This document shows, piece after piece, positions 10,204 through 20,084 of a stretch of DNA of 64,000 bases (its first letter is position 1; each line of letters begins with the position of its first letter). Below the pieces are notes generated by a model, which was given only the letters and a program-made list of their open reading frames with translations, was not told where the DNA came from and did not search any database. The stretch is from Acidobacteriota bacterium (lineage in GTDB: Bacteria; Acidobacteriota; UBA890; WLXD01): the NCBI GenBank assembly GCA_963666215.2, contig CAXWPL010000002.1:160001-224000 (forward strand), written 5' to 3'. The translations under genes and the position numbers were made by a program.

Positions 10204-11828
10204 CGGTCGGTTCCTTCCGTTGCCGAGTCGCTACCAGCTTCGCCGTGGGCATCGCGGTCCTGGTGCCTGGGGAACCAGCCGAGCTCTGCCAGCGCCGCTG
10301 CCGCCACCACGCGGTCGTCAAAAGGAACGGCGCCGTCGGCGAATACCTGCTCGGTCTCGTGCCCCTTGCCCGCAAGCAGCACACAGCCGCCGGCGCGGCC
10401 GGCGGCGATTGCCCGGCAGATTGCGGCAGCGCGATCTGCCTCGATCGTCACTCGACCCCGCAGCTCGTCGGGGATGCCGGCAACGATGGCGGCGATGATC
10501 GCCTCCGGCTCTTCACCTCGCGGATTGTCGGAGGTGACGATCACCTGGTCCGCTCCGCGCGCCGAAATCAGGCCCATTTCGCCACGCTTGCTGGCGTCGC
10601 GGTCACCGCCGCAGCCGAAGAGAACGACGAGCCCGCCGTCGATTGTCAGCTCTCGGCTCGCTTCGATCGCCGACTCCAGGGCGCCGGAAGTGTGGGCGAA
10701 ATCGACGAGAACGGCGAACGGCTGGCCGCGGTCGACCCGCTCGAAACGGCCGGGCTCACCCGCAAAGCGCGCCACGACCGCGGCGATCTGCGCCTCGTCG
10801 ATGCCCAGTTCGAGAGCGATGGCCACCGCCGCGGCGATGTTCTCGGCGTTCACACGGCCGAAGAGCGGCGATTGCAGAGCCAGTCTGCCCGCAGCGTGCT
10901 CGATGCGCAGCCGCATGCCTCGTGGCCCGCAGGAATAGTCGGCGATGGCAAAGTCGAGGTTCTCGGTGGTCTGTCCGTCGGCCGAACTGTCGGCAGAGTG
11001 GGCCCAGCCGTAGCGTCGCGTGCGTCCTGCCGCCTTGTCGGCGAGCTCAGCGAGACGGGTGCAAGCGTGGTCGGCGGCGTTGAGAATCGCGGGCGCCTCG
11101 GCCGGGAGCATGGAAAACAACTTTCCCTTGGCCTCGAGATAGGCCTCCATGGTGCCATGGAAGTCGAGGTGGTCGGGGGTCAGGTTGGTGAATGCGGCGG
11201 CTGCGAAGCGCACGCCGTCTACCCGATGCAACTCGAGCGCGTGCGAGGAAACTTCGATCGCCGCGGCCCAGCATCCGGCGTCTCGCATTTCGGCAAGCGC
11301 CGCCTGCAGATCGGGCGCCTCGGGTGTGGTGCGCTCGGTGGGCTCCGATCGGCCTGCGATGCGCACCTGGGTCGTGCTCCAGCGCCCAACAGGCCCTCGA
11401 GTTGCGAGCATGGCCTCGCAGAGCGCTGTTACGGTGGTCTTGCCGTTGGTTCCCGTCGTCCCGACAACGCTCATCGAGCGGCTCGGATGATCGTAGAAGG
11501 CGGTGGCGACGGCCGCCAAGGCGGCGCGAGCGTCCGACACACGCACCCAGGTCGCCGGCCTGTTTCCGGCGTCGATGCCTCCGGGCTCCGACTCCGAGAG
11601 AACAGCCGCGGCACCGCGGTCGGTTGCTTGCGGTACGAACGACAGGCCATCCTGACGGAGGCCTGGGATGGCAACGAACAGGTCCCCGGCGCCCACCTGG
11701 CGAGAGTCGTAGGCGATACCGGTGATGTCGATGCCCGCGCCGGCACCGACTCCGCCGTCGATTTCTGCTTCGATGCCCACCAGCAGCGCCGCCAGCGGTC
11801 GCGATCGGGGTCTCGACGCGGTCGGCAT
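10200..11828 (-). CDS. murE: UDP-MurNAc-dipeptide--meso-DAP ligase
   Basis: TGTNGKTT, EVSSHAL, FTNLTPDHLDFH, FGCGGDRD, DNPR (DAP-type), AGKGHE. Confidence 0.97.
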   Translation of the reverse strand: MPTASRPRSRPLAALLVGIEAEIDGGVGAGAGIDITGIAYDSRQVGAGDLFVAIPGLRQDGLSFVPQATDRGAAAVLSESEPGGIDAGNRPATWVRVSDARAALAAVATAFYDHPSRSMSVVGTTGTNGKTTVTALCEAMLATRGPVGRWSTTQVRIAGRSEPTERTTPEAPDLQAALAEMRDAGCWAAAIEVSSHALELHRVDGVRFAAAAFTNLTPDHLDFHGTMEAYLEAKGKLFSMLPAEAPAILNAADHACTRLAELADKAAGRTRRYGWAHSADSSADGQTTENLDFAIADYSCGPRGMRLRIEHAAGRLALQSPLFGRVNAENIAAAVAIALELGIDEAQIAAVVARFAGEPGRFERVDRGQPFAVLVDFAHTSGALESAIEASRELTIDGGLVVLFGCGGDRDASKRGEMGLISARGADQVIVTSDNPRGEEPEAIIAAIVAGIPDELRGRVTIEADRAAAICRAIAAGRAGGCVLLAGKGHETEQVFADGAVPFDDRVVAAAALAELGWFPRHQDRDAHGEAGSDSATEGTDR

Positions 11829-11839
11829 GCGGTCGGCAG

Positions 11840-13663
11840 CTACATCCCCGGCGCGGTGATCGCCGTGCCGACCGCGTCGGCAGGCATCGACCGGGCAGGG
11901 GAGGCCGAGCGGTTGCCGAATTCGTCCGCGCCGAAGTCGTCCGGCTGGATGCGGAGCTTACGAATGGCGGCCAGTGCCACCTCGCGGAAAGCCGGAGCGG
12001 CGGCCTGACTGCCGCCGTGGCCGTAGCCGCGCGTCGGCTCGTCAATCATCACCAGAATCAGTATGCGCGGCGCGCTGACTGGTAGGAATCCCACGAAACC
12101 GGCGACGTACTTGGTATAGCGGCCGGTAGCGGGATCGATCTTCTGCGCCGTCGACGTCTTGCCGGCGACCCGGTAGCCCGGAATCGCCGCCGGCTTGCCG
12201 GTGCCGGCGCGCACGACGTCTTCCATGATCAGCGCCGTTCGTGTCGCGATCGACTCTTTGAGCACTCGCCGTCGCGCTAGCGGCTCGTTGATTACGGTCT
12301 CGTCGTCTTGGGCGCTGCTGGCGTGCGTGACCACGTAGGGCCGCATCAAGAGACCGCCGTTGGCGATGGCGGCGACGGCGGACGCCAGCTGCAGGGGCGT
12401 CGCACTGATTCCCTGCCCGAAGGCCATCGAAGACTGCGACAACGCCGACCACCCCTCCGGGTCCTGCAGCAGTCCGATGGTCTCGAAGGGCAAGTCGACG
12501 CCGGTGCGCTCGCCAAATCCGAAGTCGCGTACCCATTGAAAGTAGGTCTCGGGAGAGAGGCGCAGGCACACCTTGATGGTCCCGACGTTGCTCGAGTTCA
12601 TCAGTACTTCGCGGAAGCGCAGCAGGCCGAATCCGAATCTCCAGTCTTTGTAGATATGATTGGCCACCTGCAGGCGGCCGCCCTGACAATCGATGATCTC
12701 GTCCTCGCTCACGACGTTCTCGTGCAGTGCGGCGGCCGCCGTAATGACCTTGAACGCTGAGCCCGGCTCGAGCGGCGTTTGCACGGCGTGGTTGCGCATG
12801 TTGCGCAGCAGGGCTTCGTCGCGGCTGTTCGGGTTGAACGTGGGGTAGGACGCCATGGCAACGATTTCACCCGTGCCGGGGTCGAGCGCCACGATGCTGC
12901 CACTCACCGCGCGGTGCTTCGTCACCGCGTCTTTTAGCGCCCGTTCGGCTGCGAACTGCAGAGTCCAATCGATGGTGAGGTGGATGTCGCGGCCACGCGA
13001 GGGGTCGGTTCGACCCAGTCCACTGCCCGCGATGATGCGGTTCCAGCCGTCGCGCAACGTGTTGAGTCGTCCCGGCTCGCCACGAATCCGCTCGTCGTAG
13101 TACCGCTCGACGCCCGCCTGCCCCACGTTGTCGCGGTTGACGAAACCGAGCACGTGCGCCGCCAGCGTTCGGTTGGGGTAGTAGCGCGTCGACTCTTGGT
13201 GGATCCCGATGCCCTGATGCCAGCCGTTCGCTTTCACGACATCTCGCACTGCCGCCACCATTTCCGGCCGCGCGGCACGACGCAGATAGACGAAGCGACG
13301 CTGGGGGTTGAGCTCGCGCAGGAGATCGTCCTCGCGGAGTCCGAGGATCGGAGCAAGGCGCGCTGCCGCAGCGATGCGATCGGGGAGCAGATGGGGATGG
13401 GCGAAGATCGAGCCGAGGTCGATGCTGGTCGTCAACTTCTGGCCGTCGCGAGCATGGATGTCGCCGCGTTTGGCGACCAGGGGAATCACCGCGGTGCGCT
13501 GATCGCCGCCACGCGCCACCAGGCGCTCGTGCTGATTCACCTGCAAGTCGAACAGCCGCGCCAGCAGAAGCAACGACCAGCCACAGATCGCGGCCATCAG
13601 AAAGATCGCTCGGCGACGGTGGTAGGGCAGCTTTTCGTGGTTTTTCAGGCTATGGATGACCAT
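11840..13663 (-). CDS. ftsI: Class B penicillin-binding protein (PBP3)
   Basis: N-terminal TM, RG.I..RDG, EPGSAFK (SxxK), SSN; KTS at the KTG position; dcw context. Confidence 0.95.
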   Translation of the reverse strand: MVIHSLKNHEKLPYHRRRAIFLMAAICGWSLLLLARLFDLQVNQHERLVARGGDQRTAVIPLVAKRGDIHARDGQKLTTSIDLGSIFAHPHLLPDRIAAAARLAPILGLREDDLLRELNPQRRFVYLRRAARPEMVAAVRDVVKANGWHQGIGIHQESTRYYPNRTLAAHVLGFVNRDNVGQAGVERYYDERIRGEPGRLNTLRDGWNRIIAGSGLGRTDPSRGRDIHLTIDWTLQFAAERALKDAVTKHRAVSGSIVALDPGTGEIVAMASYPTFNPNSRDEALLRNMRNHAVQTPLEPGSAFKVITAAAALHENVVSEDEIIDCQGGRLQVANHIYKDWRFGFGLLRFREVLMNSSNVGTIKVCLRLSPETYFQWVRDFGFGERTGVDLPFETIGLLQDPEGWSALSQSSMAFGQGISATPLQLASAVAAIANGGLLMRPYVVTHASSAQDDETVINEPLARRRVLKESIATRTALIMEDVVRAGTGKPAAIPGYRVAGKTSTAQKIDPATGRYTKYVAGFVGFLPVSAPRILILVMIDEPTRGYGHGGSQAAAPAFREVALAAIRKLRIQPDDFGADEFGNRSASPARSMPADAVGTAITAPGM

Positions 13664-14033
13664 CGGGTCCTCGTCCGCCGCCGCTGGTCAGCAGGAGCCG
13701 CTCTCCGCCGCTCTGCGGGCGTCCCAGGCTGGCAACCTGTTCGGGAAGGGGCTCGCCAAGTCCCGCGAGCTCGCGAGCCTTGTGTTGCAGCCGCCAGGGG
13801 TCGAGCTCGACCGCGCGCTCGATCAGCAGCTGGCCGCGGCGCTCGTCGAGGTCGGCGAGACGACTCTCGAGAGCGGCGATTTGGCCGCGGTTCTCGTGCA
13901 AGCGCGCGCGCTGAGAAGCGTAGAGGAAGCCCGGGATGATCAGCAGAAGGATCGCCACGATGAGCTGCCCGAAATAGGTGAGACGCTCTGGGTCGCTCGG
14001 CTTGGTCAGCTGCCGGTTGATGACACGTGGCAC
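13650..14033 (-). CDS. ftsL: Cell division protein FtsL-like
   Basis: Short protein with TM then coiled coil, located between rsmH and ftsI. Confidence 0.75.
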   Translation of the reverse strand: MPRVINRQLTKPSDPERLTYFGQLIVAILLLIIPGFLYASQRARLHENRGQIAALESRLADLDERRGQLLIERAVELDPWRLQHKARELAGLGEPLPEQVASLGRPQSGGERLLLTSGGGRGPDGHP

Positions 14034-14120
14034 CGGACACTACTCCCAGCTTGAGCCGATCGGGCGTTTATGGCATGCGTGGCGGGACGATCTCTCCCGG
14101 TGGCGATTCGTGGACGCCTA

Positions 14121-14274
14121 AGAAGGAAGCGAGCGGGGAGAGTCGGGCATCTGTGGCTCCAAAGGCCTGGGGCGAAAGCTAGCCAGGGTTGTAAAGGGAG
14201 GCATGTTTACAACGCATGGGTTACTAGCTGGCCTTGGAGCCACAGATTCCCGACTCTCTTCGTCGCTCCTTTCT
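14121..14274 (+). ncRNA. Long rod-like hairpin (candidate ncRNA or MITE-like element) in the rsmH-ftsL spacer
   Basis: Nested complementary arms: 14138-47/14249-58, 14149-62/14234-47, 14177-82/14224-29, 14188-95/14206-13. G-U pairs favour the + strand. Function unknown. Confidence 0.5.
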
Positions 14275-15296
14275 CAGAGGTGCCTGACCGCGCGGAGACG
14301 GGCACTCCGTGCGCGCGGGTTGGCGCCGATCTCACGTTCGCTCGGTAGCATCGGTCGCGAGGTCAGAATCTCGACCTCGGCACGCTTGTCACATCCGCAG
14401 ACCGGCATCCGAGGCGGGCACTGGCAGTCACTCGCGAGGTAGCGGAAGGCGCGCTTGACCTGCCGATCCTCTAGCGAGTGGAAGGCGAGGGCGATGAGGA
14501 CTCCGCCCGGTGTCAGTAGCCGTGCCGCGGCGATGAAGAACTCTTCGAGCCGGGCGATCTCGTCGTTGACCGCGATGCGGAGTGCTTGGAAAGTGCGAGT
14601 GGCTGGGTGGATACGCTGCGGACCACGGCTTCCGGCCGCCGCCGCAACCACCTCGGCCAACTGGGTCGTGCCAAGTAGGGGAGAGGACTCGCGCGCTTTC
14701 ACGATGGCGCGCGCGATCCTGCCGGCCTTCGGCTCCTCGCCATAGTCGCGAATGATCGCCTTCAGCTCCCCAGCCTCCAGACGGTTGACCAGGTCGGCAG
14801 CCGTGCGAGGCTGCTTCCTGTCCATCCGCATATCGAGTGGGCCCTCGCGGCGGAACGAGAAACCCCGCTCTGCCGTTTCGAGCTGAAGTGACGAGGCGCC
14901 GAGGTCGACGAGGATTCCACCCACGTTCCCCCACCGGTGATGTTCGGAAAGTTCGCGCAAATCGCGGTAGTCGGAACGAATGAGCTCGTAGCGGCCATTC
15001 CACCGTGAAAGACGTAGATCTGCCATTGCCAGCGCATCGGCATCACGGTCGATGCCCACGAGCCGACGATCGGGCATCGCCTCGAGCAGAGCGTCGGCGT
15101 GACCGCCAAGTCCAACAGTGCCGTCGATGAGCAGGCCCTCAGCGCTATCGCGCAGCAACTCGACGACCTCGGCCAGCATGACGGGCCGGTGCAGGTCGGC
15201 GGGGCGGCTCTCTGCCTGAGAACGCGGGCGGATCGCGGCCGCCATGTCGATTTCGAGACCGATTTTCGCGACGGCACTACGAGCGCTCAACATCAT
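14274..15296 (-). CDS. rsmH: 16S rRNA m4C1402 methyltransferase (start may be 15245)
   Basis: HRPVML, DGTVGLGGH, DLGASSLQL, RGFSF, PLDMRMD, HPATRTFQALRI, FHSLEDR. Confidence 0.97.
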   Translation of the reverse strand: MMLSARSAVAKIGLEIDMAAAIRPRSQAESRPADLHRPVMLAEVVELLRDSAEGLLIDGTVGLGGHADALLEAMPDRRLVGIDRDADALAMADLRLSRWNGRYELIRSDYRDLRELSEHHRWGNVGGILVDLGASSLQLETAERGFSFRREGPLDMRMDRKQPRTAADLVNRLEAGELKAIIRDYGEEPKAGRIARAIVKARESSPLLGTTQLAEVVAAAAGSRGPQRIHPATRTFQALRIAVNDEIARLEEFFIAAARLLTPGGVLIALAFHSLEDRQVKRAFRYLASDCQCPPRMPVCGCDKRAEVEILTSRPMLPSEREIGANPRARSARLRAVRHL

Positions 15297-15733
15297 TAGA
15301 CCCCCAAGTCGGCGAGAACACGGAAGCGATTGTCGGTGAATCGGCGTTGCTCGAGGCGGCTCTTGAGTGCGGTGTGGTTCCAGATCTCGAGGTGGTCCAT
15401 TTTGCCCATCACCGCAACCTCGCCGGTGGTTTGGGCGCTTTCACGCACGAGCTGGGGGATGAGCACACGGCCGGCCTTATCCATGGTCCCGGCCTGTCCG
15501 AAGTAGTTGACCCAGGTCAGCAGCTCGTCCCTCTCCGGATGCATCGATGCCACGGCCGACAACCGTTCCTCGAAAGCGATCCACGCGGGTAGCGGATACA
15601 GCAGCACGTTCTCGCCGGTGAAGCTGGTGAGGAAGACCTGCTCTCCGTACTTCTCGTGGATCTCCTTGCGGAAGGCGGCGGGTACCTTCAGCCGGTTCTT
15701 GGCGTCGACCGTTGCCGGGATATTGCCCCTCAT
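15296..15733 (-). CDS. mraZ: Transcriptional regulator MraZ
   Basis: Two SpoVT/AbrB repeats (DAKNRLKVP; DKAGRVLIP) and HLEIW; first gene of the dcw cluster. Confidence 0.94.
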   Translation of the reverse strand: MRGNIPATVDAKNRLKVPAAFRKEIHEKYGEQVFLTSFTGENVLLYPLPAWIAFEERLSAVASMHPERDELLTWVNYFGQAGTMDKAGRVLIPQLVRESAQTTGEVAVMGKMDHLEIWNHTALKSRLEQRRFTDNRFRVLADLGV

Positions 15734-15785
15734 CCTGGGCCTGCCTGTTTTTCGAGGAAATTGGCATCGTTTTTGGGTGGCTAGA

Positions 15786-15809
15786 CCACTTTGATCCACT
15801 TCCGACCAC
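15786..15809 (-). promoter_or_regulatory. MraZ operator: three GTGG boxes at 10-bp spacing
   Basis: Minus strand GTGGtcggaaGTGGatcaaaGTGG just downstream of the -10 element; matches known MraZ repeat architecture. Confidence 0.8.
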
Positions 15810-15815
15810 GCGCGG

Positions 15816-15844
15816 AGTGTACGAACCGACCTGGAGGCTGTCAA
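15816..15844 (-). promoter_or_regulatory. Sigma70 promoter of the dcw operon
   Basis: TTGACA-17 nt-TACACT on the minus strand. Confidence 0.8.
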
Positions 15845-15995
15845 GTGCCGGCGACGCTTTTCTCAAATCGCGTCGTGTGTGGGCTCTGAGCCCCCAGCGG
15901 CCGGATCGGCGCAAAGGTGGTCCGAAGTGGACCGTTAGCTCGCAGAGATCGGCGAGGCTGTCGCCCCGTGTCGCCTAGGCCGAGTGATTCGAGAT

Positions 15996-16838
15996 CTAGT
16001 GGCCTCGGAGGCGAGCGATGCGAGCCTCCATCGGCGGATGCGTCGCGAAGAGATTGCCCAACCCGCGGCCCGAGAACGGCTTGACGATGAACATGTGAGC
16101 GGTCGCGGGTGAGGCCTGCGTCGGCGCCACCCTGGCTACGCTGTCGAGCTTTTGAAGCGCGCTGATGAGACCGTGCGGCTGCCCGGCCATCGCGGCACCG
16201 GTGGCATCGGCTTTGAATTCGCGCGTGCGCGAGATTGCCATTTGCACGAGCATCGCGGCGAGCGGCGCGACGATCATCATGGCGATGGCACCGAGCGCAC
16301 CGCCGCCGTTTCGGTCGCGGCTGCCGCCGCCAATTCCACCACCGAACATGGCCGAGTAGCCGACAAAACGCGCCAGCATGGTGATCGCGCCGGCCACGGT
16401 CGCGGCGATCGACGAGATCAGGATGTCGCGGTTCTTGATATGCGCCAGCTCGTGGGCGATGACGCCTTCCAGCTCCTGCTCATCGAGGCGGTGCAGGAGG
16501 CCCGCGGTGATGGCGACCGCGGCGTGGTCAGGGTTGCGGCCAGTGGCGAACGCGTTGGCTCCGTCGGCGGGCAACACATAGAGCGCGGGCATCGGGAGCC
16601 CGGCGCGGCCGACGAGGTTGCGGGTGATGCGGTGGAGCTGTGGCTGGCTGTTCTCGTCTACAGGCTGCGCGCGGTACATCTTGAGCACGATCTTGTCGGA
16701 GAACCAGTAGCTCCCGAAGTTCATCACAACGGCGAGCCCAAAGGCGATGAGCATGCCGCTCTGGCCGAAAAAGGAGCCCACGGCGACCATGAGCCCGGTC
16801 ATGGTGCCGAGAAGCAGGACAGTCTTGATTCCGTTCAT
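15996..16838 (-). CDS. htpX: Zinc metalloprotease HtpX (M48)
   Basis: NAFATGRNP, HELAH, AISRTREFKAD, LFATHPP. Confidence 0.96.
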   Translation of the reverse strand: MNGIKTVLLLGTMTGLMVAVGSFFGQSGMLIAFGLAVVMNFGSYWFSDKIVLKMYRAQPVDENSQPQLHRITRNLVGRAGLPMPALYVLPADGANAFATGRNPDHAAVAITAGLLHRLDEQELEGVIAHELAHIKNRDILISSIAATVAGAITMLARFVGYSAMFGGGIGGGSRDRNGGGALGAIAMMIVAPLAAMLVQMAISRTREFKADATGAAMAGQPHGLISALQKLDSVARVAPTQASPATAHMFIVKPFSGRGLGNLFATHPPMEARIARLRGH

Positions 16839-17071
16839 CTCGAGGTTCCTTGTCAGGGACTAGGGTGCTGCGTTCCAGGTCGTGTGCTTGCGGTCGGTCG
16901 GCATGCGCTCGACGCCGCTAGTCAGATTCTACAGACCCCAGAGGCGTGTTGCCCGGCCGCTGGTGCAGCTCGGTCGACGTCGAGACAGGCTGTCCACGCC
17001 GTCGAACGGGCTGCCGGCGCGGGACGGCTGAGTGCCGACCGGTGGCTGCTGAGAACGCCGCTGGCGGTCTG

Positions 17072-17920
17072 CTAGGGAAGGAAGGCGACGAGGGCGGCCG
17101 CACAAGCCGCGCCCACGGCGGCTATCGTCGCCGTGGTGATCAGCCGCCCGGTGGCGCTCGCGCGTGCTGGCGCGTCGATCGAGTCGGTGTCAGCGCCGGT
17201 GCTCGGGCCTGTGCTCGCAGTGAGACCCGCCGCAAGACGGGGTCCGATAAGAGCCCCGATAAGGGCGCCCAACGTGACCAAGCTGGCTTCGCCGGGCCCG
17301 ATCAGATGCCAGCGCATCGCCAGCGCCGGAAGGATCGCGGCAACGGCAAGCCCTCCGGCACCGCCTCGCAAGGTCAATCCGGCCGGCGTCGCAGCGCCCG
17401 GCGGCTCGGGCTGCAATCGCAAGAGATCGTAGCGAGTGGACGGGTCGAGCTCGGTGGTGGCCGACGCGACGACAGCCGCCGCGAGGCCGGTGAGGCCGGC
17501 TGACACGGCGGCCAGCCAGTAGCCCGGGAGCGGCCCGACAGTGGTGCCGAGCGATCCGGCCAACGTCAACAGGCCGATCAGCGCTGCCTCGGCGCTGGTG
17601 AAGGGCACGTACAGCCGAGACAGCGGCCCGCCAGCGTTGCCGACTGGCGACCCTGTTCCCGCGACGGCCGCCCGCCAGCGTTGCCCCCGAACGATCACAC
17701 ACGGCAATACCAGTGCGCTGCTGCCCAGCAGTCCGCCGGGGCCGCCGAGCAACGCTGCCAGCACCATCACGCTCGCGGAGGTTGGTAGAGCCGCCCAGAA
17801 CGGCAGCGACCGAGAGAGCCGTAGCAGGGCGAGAGCGGCGGCTCCCCAAAGCAAGGCATCGAAGGCTCGGGCCTGGATGATTGCGGCGAGCATCGTGAAT
17901 GAGCTCGCCGGCTCAGGCAT
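17072..17920 (-). CDS. Hypothetical integral membrane protein
   Basis: Multiple hydrophobic segments; overlaps the stop of the upstream SDR gene. Confidence 0.6.
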   Translation of the reverse strand: MPEPASSFTMLAAIIQARAFDALLWGAAALALLRLSRSLPFWAALPTSASVMVLAALLGGPGGLLGSSALVLPCVIVRGQRWRAAVAGTGSPVGNAGGPLSRLYVPFTSAEAALIGLLTLAGSLGTTVGPLPGYWLAAVSAGLTGLAAAVVASATTELDPSTRYDLLRLQPEPPGAATPAGLTLRGGAGGLAVAAILPALAMRWHLIGPGEASLVTLGALIGALIGPRLAAGLTASTGPSTGADTDSIDAPARASATGRLITTATIAAVGAACAAALVAFLP

Positions 17921-18938
17921 CGGGCGTCTCGCTTCCGTCGCTCGCGACGCGGTCGCGCCAGTGCTGAAGCGTGTCTGTCACGGTCTCGCTGAGTGGCCGC
18001 GCTGCTTCCCAGCCGAGCTCGCGCTTGGCGCGCCCGGGGTCTCCGACGAACAACGGAACGTCCGAGGGGCGAAGCCGTGAGTTGTCGACAACGATCTCGA
18101 TGGGCACTTGCGACAGCCCGACGATCATGTCGAGGAGCTCCGACATCGCGATCGCCCGCCCCGAACATAGGTTGTAGCCGGCGCCCGCCCGTCCGTGCTG
18201 GGCGATTGCGAAGAAGCCGGCAACCATGTCGCGCACATCGGTGAAGTCGCGTCTAGGCTCGAGGTTCCCCACCTCGATGAGCGGCGCGGTGAGCCCGGCC
18301 TCGGCGAGCGCGACACGACGCGACCATTCCGAGCAGGCGAAGGTGGGTTCCTGGCCGGGGCCGGCGAAGTTGAAAGGCCGAGCGACCAGGGTGGGCAGCC
18401 CATGGCCCCGCCACGCCTGTCTGCCGAGAACCTCGCAGCAGAGCTTGCTGGCCGCGTAGGGACTCACCGGTTGAGCGGGAGCGTCCTCGGTCGGCGGCTC
18501 AAAGCCGTCTGTCTCGGAGTTGCTCGGGTCGCGGTTGATGAACAGCTCGCCGTAGACCTGTCCGCTGGAGATCACGACAAACCGCGGCTTCGGGTCGAGG
18601 CTGGCAGCGGCTTCGAGGACAGTGTCGGTGCCCAGAACGTTGATCTCGAACGTGCGCCGGCGATGCGTCCACGATTCGCCTACGTGTGACGCCGCCGCCA
18701 GATGGTAGATGGTGGTCGGCCGGAGCTCGCCGATGACACGGCCCACCGCCTCGCGATCGAGGATGTCGCCGTGTACCAGCTCTACACCCGTGGGCAGCGG
18801 AATCGCCGCGCTGGCAGGAAGCGGCAGCGTGTAGCCGGCGACTTCGCCGCCGGCGTCGAGCAGCAGTTGGGCCAGATGTGCGCCCGCGAAGCCGCCGATT
18901 CCGGTGATCAGACTGCGCTGGCCGGCGGTAGATGTCAT
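17913..18938 (-). CDS. Extended SDR, Rmd/GDP-mannose dehydratase-like (probable reductase)
   Basis: ITGIGGFAG, HLAA, SSGQVYG, YAASK, GNLEPRRDFTDVRD. Confidence 0.85.
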   Translation of the reverse strand: MTSTAGQRSLITGIGGFAGAHLAQLLLDAGGEVAGYTLPLPASAAIPLPTGVELVHGDILDREAVGRVIGELRPTTIYHLAAASHVGESWTHRRRTFEINVLGTDTVLEAAASLDPKPRFVVISSGQVYGELFINRDPSNSETDGFEPPTEDAPAQPVSPYAASKLCCEVLGRQAWRGHGLPTLVARPFNFAGPGQEPTFACSEWSRRVALAEAGLTAPLIEVGNLEPRRDFTDVRDMVAGFFAIAQHGRAGAGYNLCSGRAIAMSELLDMIVGLSQVPIEIVVDNSRLRPSDVPLFVGDPGRAKRELGWEAARPLSETVTDTLQHWRDRVASDGSETPDA

Positions 18939-19010
18939 GCGAGGTTCCGTCTCCGATCGGCAAGTGCTGATGAGCGCGTCGCTCTGCCGACTCGGCTTCT
19001 TGGGGCTACT

Positions 19011-20009
19011 CTAGCGGGCCGACGTCGCCGCCGGCTGTGGACTGGTGGACCGATGTTCCACTCGCTGTCGCCAGTACTCGAGTGTTTCTCGAGCAGTCTG
19101 CTCGAACGGGATCTCCGGCTCCCAGCCAGTGGCCGCCTTCAAGCGACTGGCGTCGCCCAACAGCAGCTCCACGTCGGAGGGGCGCAGTCGGGCAGGATCC
19201 TCTCGGACCTCGATTGTCTGCTCCGAGAAGGACAGCAACAGCTCGAGCACGTCGGCGATTCGCCACGCCTTGCCGGTAGCGATGTTGTAGGCGGCGCCAG
19301 CCTCGCCCTTCTCCAGCGCCAGCCAGTAGGCGCGCACCACGTCGCGTACATCGGTGAAGTCGCGCTCAGCCTCCAGATTCCCGACGTTGATGACTGGCTC
19401 GCGCACTCCCGCCTCGATCTCGGCGATCTGCTTGGCGAAGTTGCTGACGACGAACACCTCGCCTCGCCGCGGGCCAGTGTGGTTGAAGCCTCGCGTGCGC
19501 ACGACGTGCATGCCATAGGAGCGGAAATACTGGTAGCCGAGCAGGTCCTGAGCGACCTTCGAGACGGCGTACGGTGATAGAGGCCGCAGCGGGTTGTCTT
19601 CGGTAATCGGCGTCTCATCGCGATGCACGAGGCCATACTCTTCCGACGAGCAGGCGAGCTGAATTCGAGCCTCGCAACCCGTGGCACGGAGCGCGTCGAA
19701 TATGTTGAGTTGACCGAGGACGTTGGTGGTGAAGCTCTCTGCCGGCGCGTGCCACGACGTTGGCACGTAAGACTGCGCTGCCAGGTGGAAGATACGATCC
19801 GGCCGCACCTCAGCGATGAGGCGATGCACCGACGTAGCGTCGCGCAGATCGCAGTCGATCATCGCCACTTCGTTGGCGAAATGGTCGATGTTCTCGGTGC
19901 GCGAGCGCCATCGGCGAGTGCCGAAGAGTTCCACATCCGGCATCCCGAGCGCGAGCTCGGCGAGGTGCGAGCCGGCAAAGCCTGTGATGCCGGTAATCAA
20001 GACACGCAT
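19011..20009 (-). CDS. Extended SDR, GDP-mannose 4,6-dehydratase family
   Basis: ITGITGFAG, HLAAQSYV, SSEEYG, YAVSK, FNHTGPRRGE, RDFTDVRD. Confidence 0.87.
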   Translation of the reverse strand: MRVLITGITGFAGSHLAELALGMPDVELFGTRRWRSRTENIDHFANEVAMIDCDLRDATSVHRLIAEVRPDRIFHLAAQSYVPTSWHAPAESFTTNVLGQLNIFDALRATGCEARIQLACSSEEYGLVHRDETPITEDNPLRPLSPYAVSKVAQDLLGYQYFRSYGMHVVRTRGFNHTGPRRGEVFVVSNFAKQIAEIEAGVREPVINVGNLEAERDFTDVRDVVRAYWLALEKGEAGAAYNIATGKAWRIADVLELLLSFSEQTIEVREDPARLRPSDVELLLGDASRLKAATGWEPEIPFEQTARETLEYWRQRVEHRSTSPQPAATSAR

Positions 20010-20084
20010 CGGACTACCTCCGGTGCTTCGAGTCGATGGTGATGGAGCCCGCGGCGCGTGTCCGTTGCTTGTCGCAACGGCCCG

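Noticed and set aside
14110-14135. AGAAGGAAGC as SRP RNA
   Set aside because: Lacks the SRP domain IV CAGG..GGAA..AGCAG arrangement; it is just one arm of the long hairpin.
14188-14213. GTTGTAAA..TTTACAAC as a CRISPR repeat
   Set aside because: Single occurrence; no spacers or cas genes.
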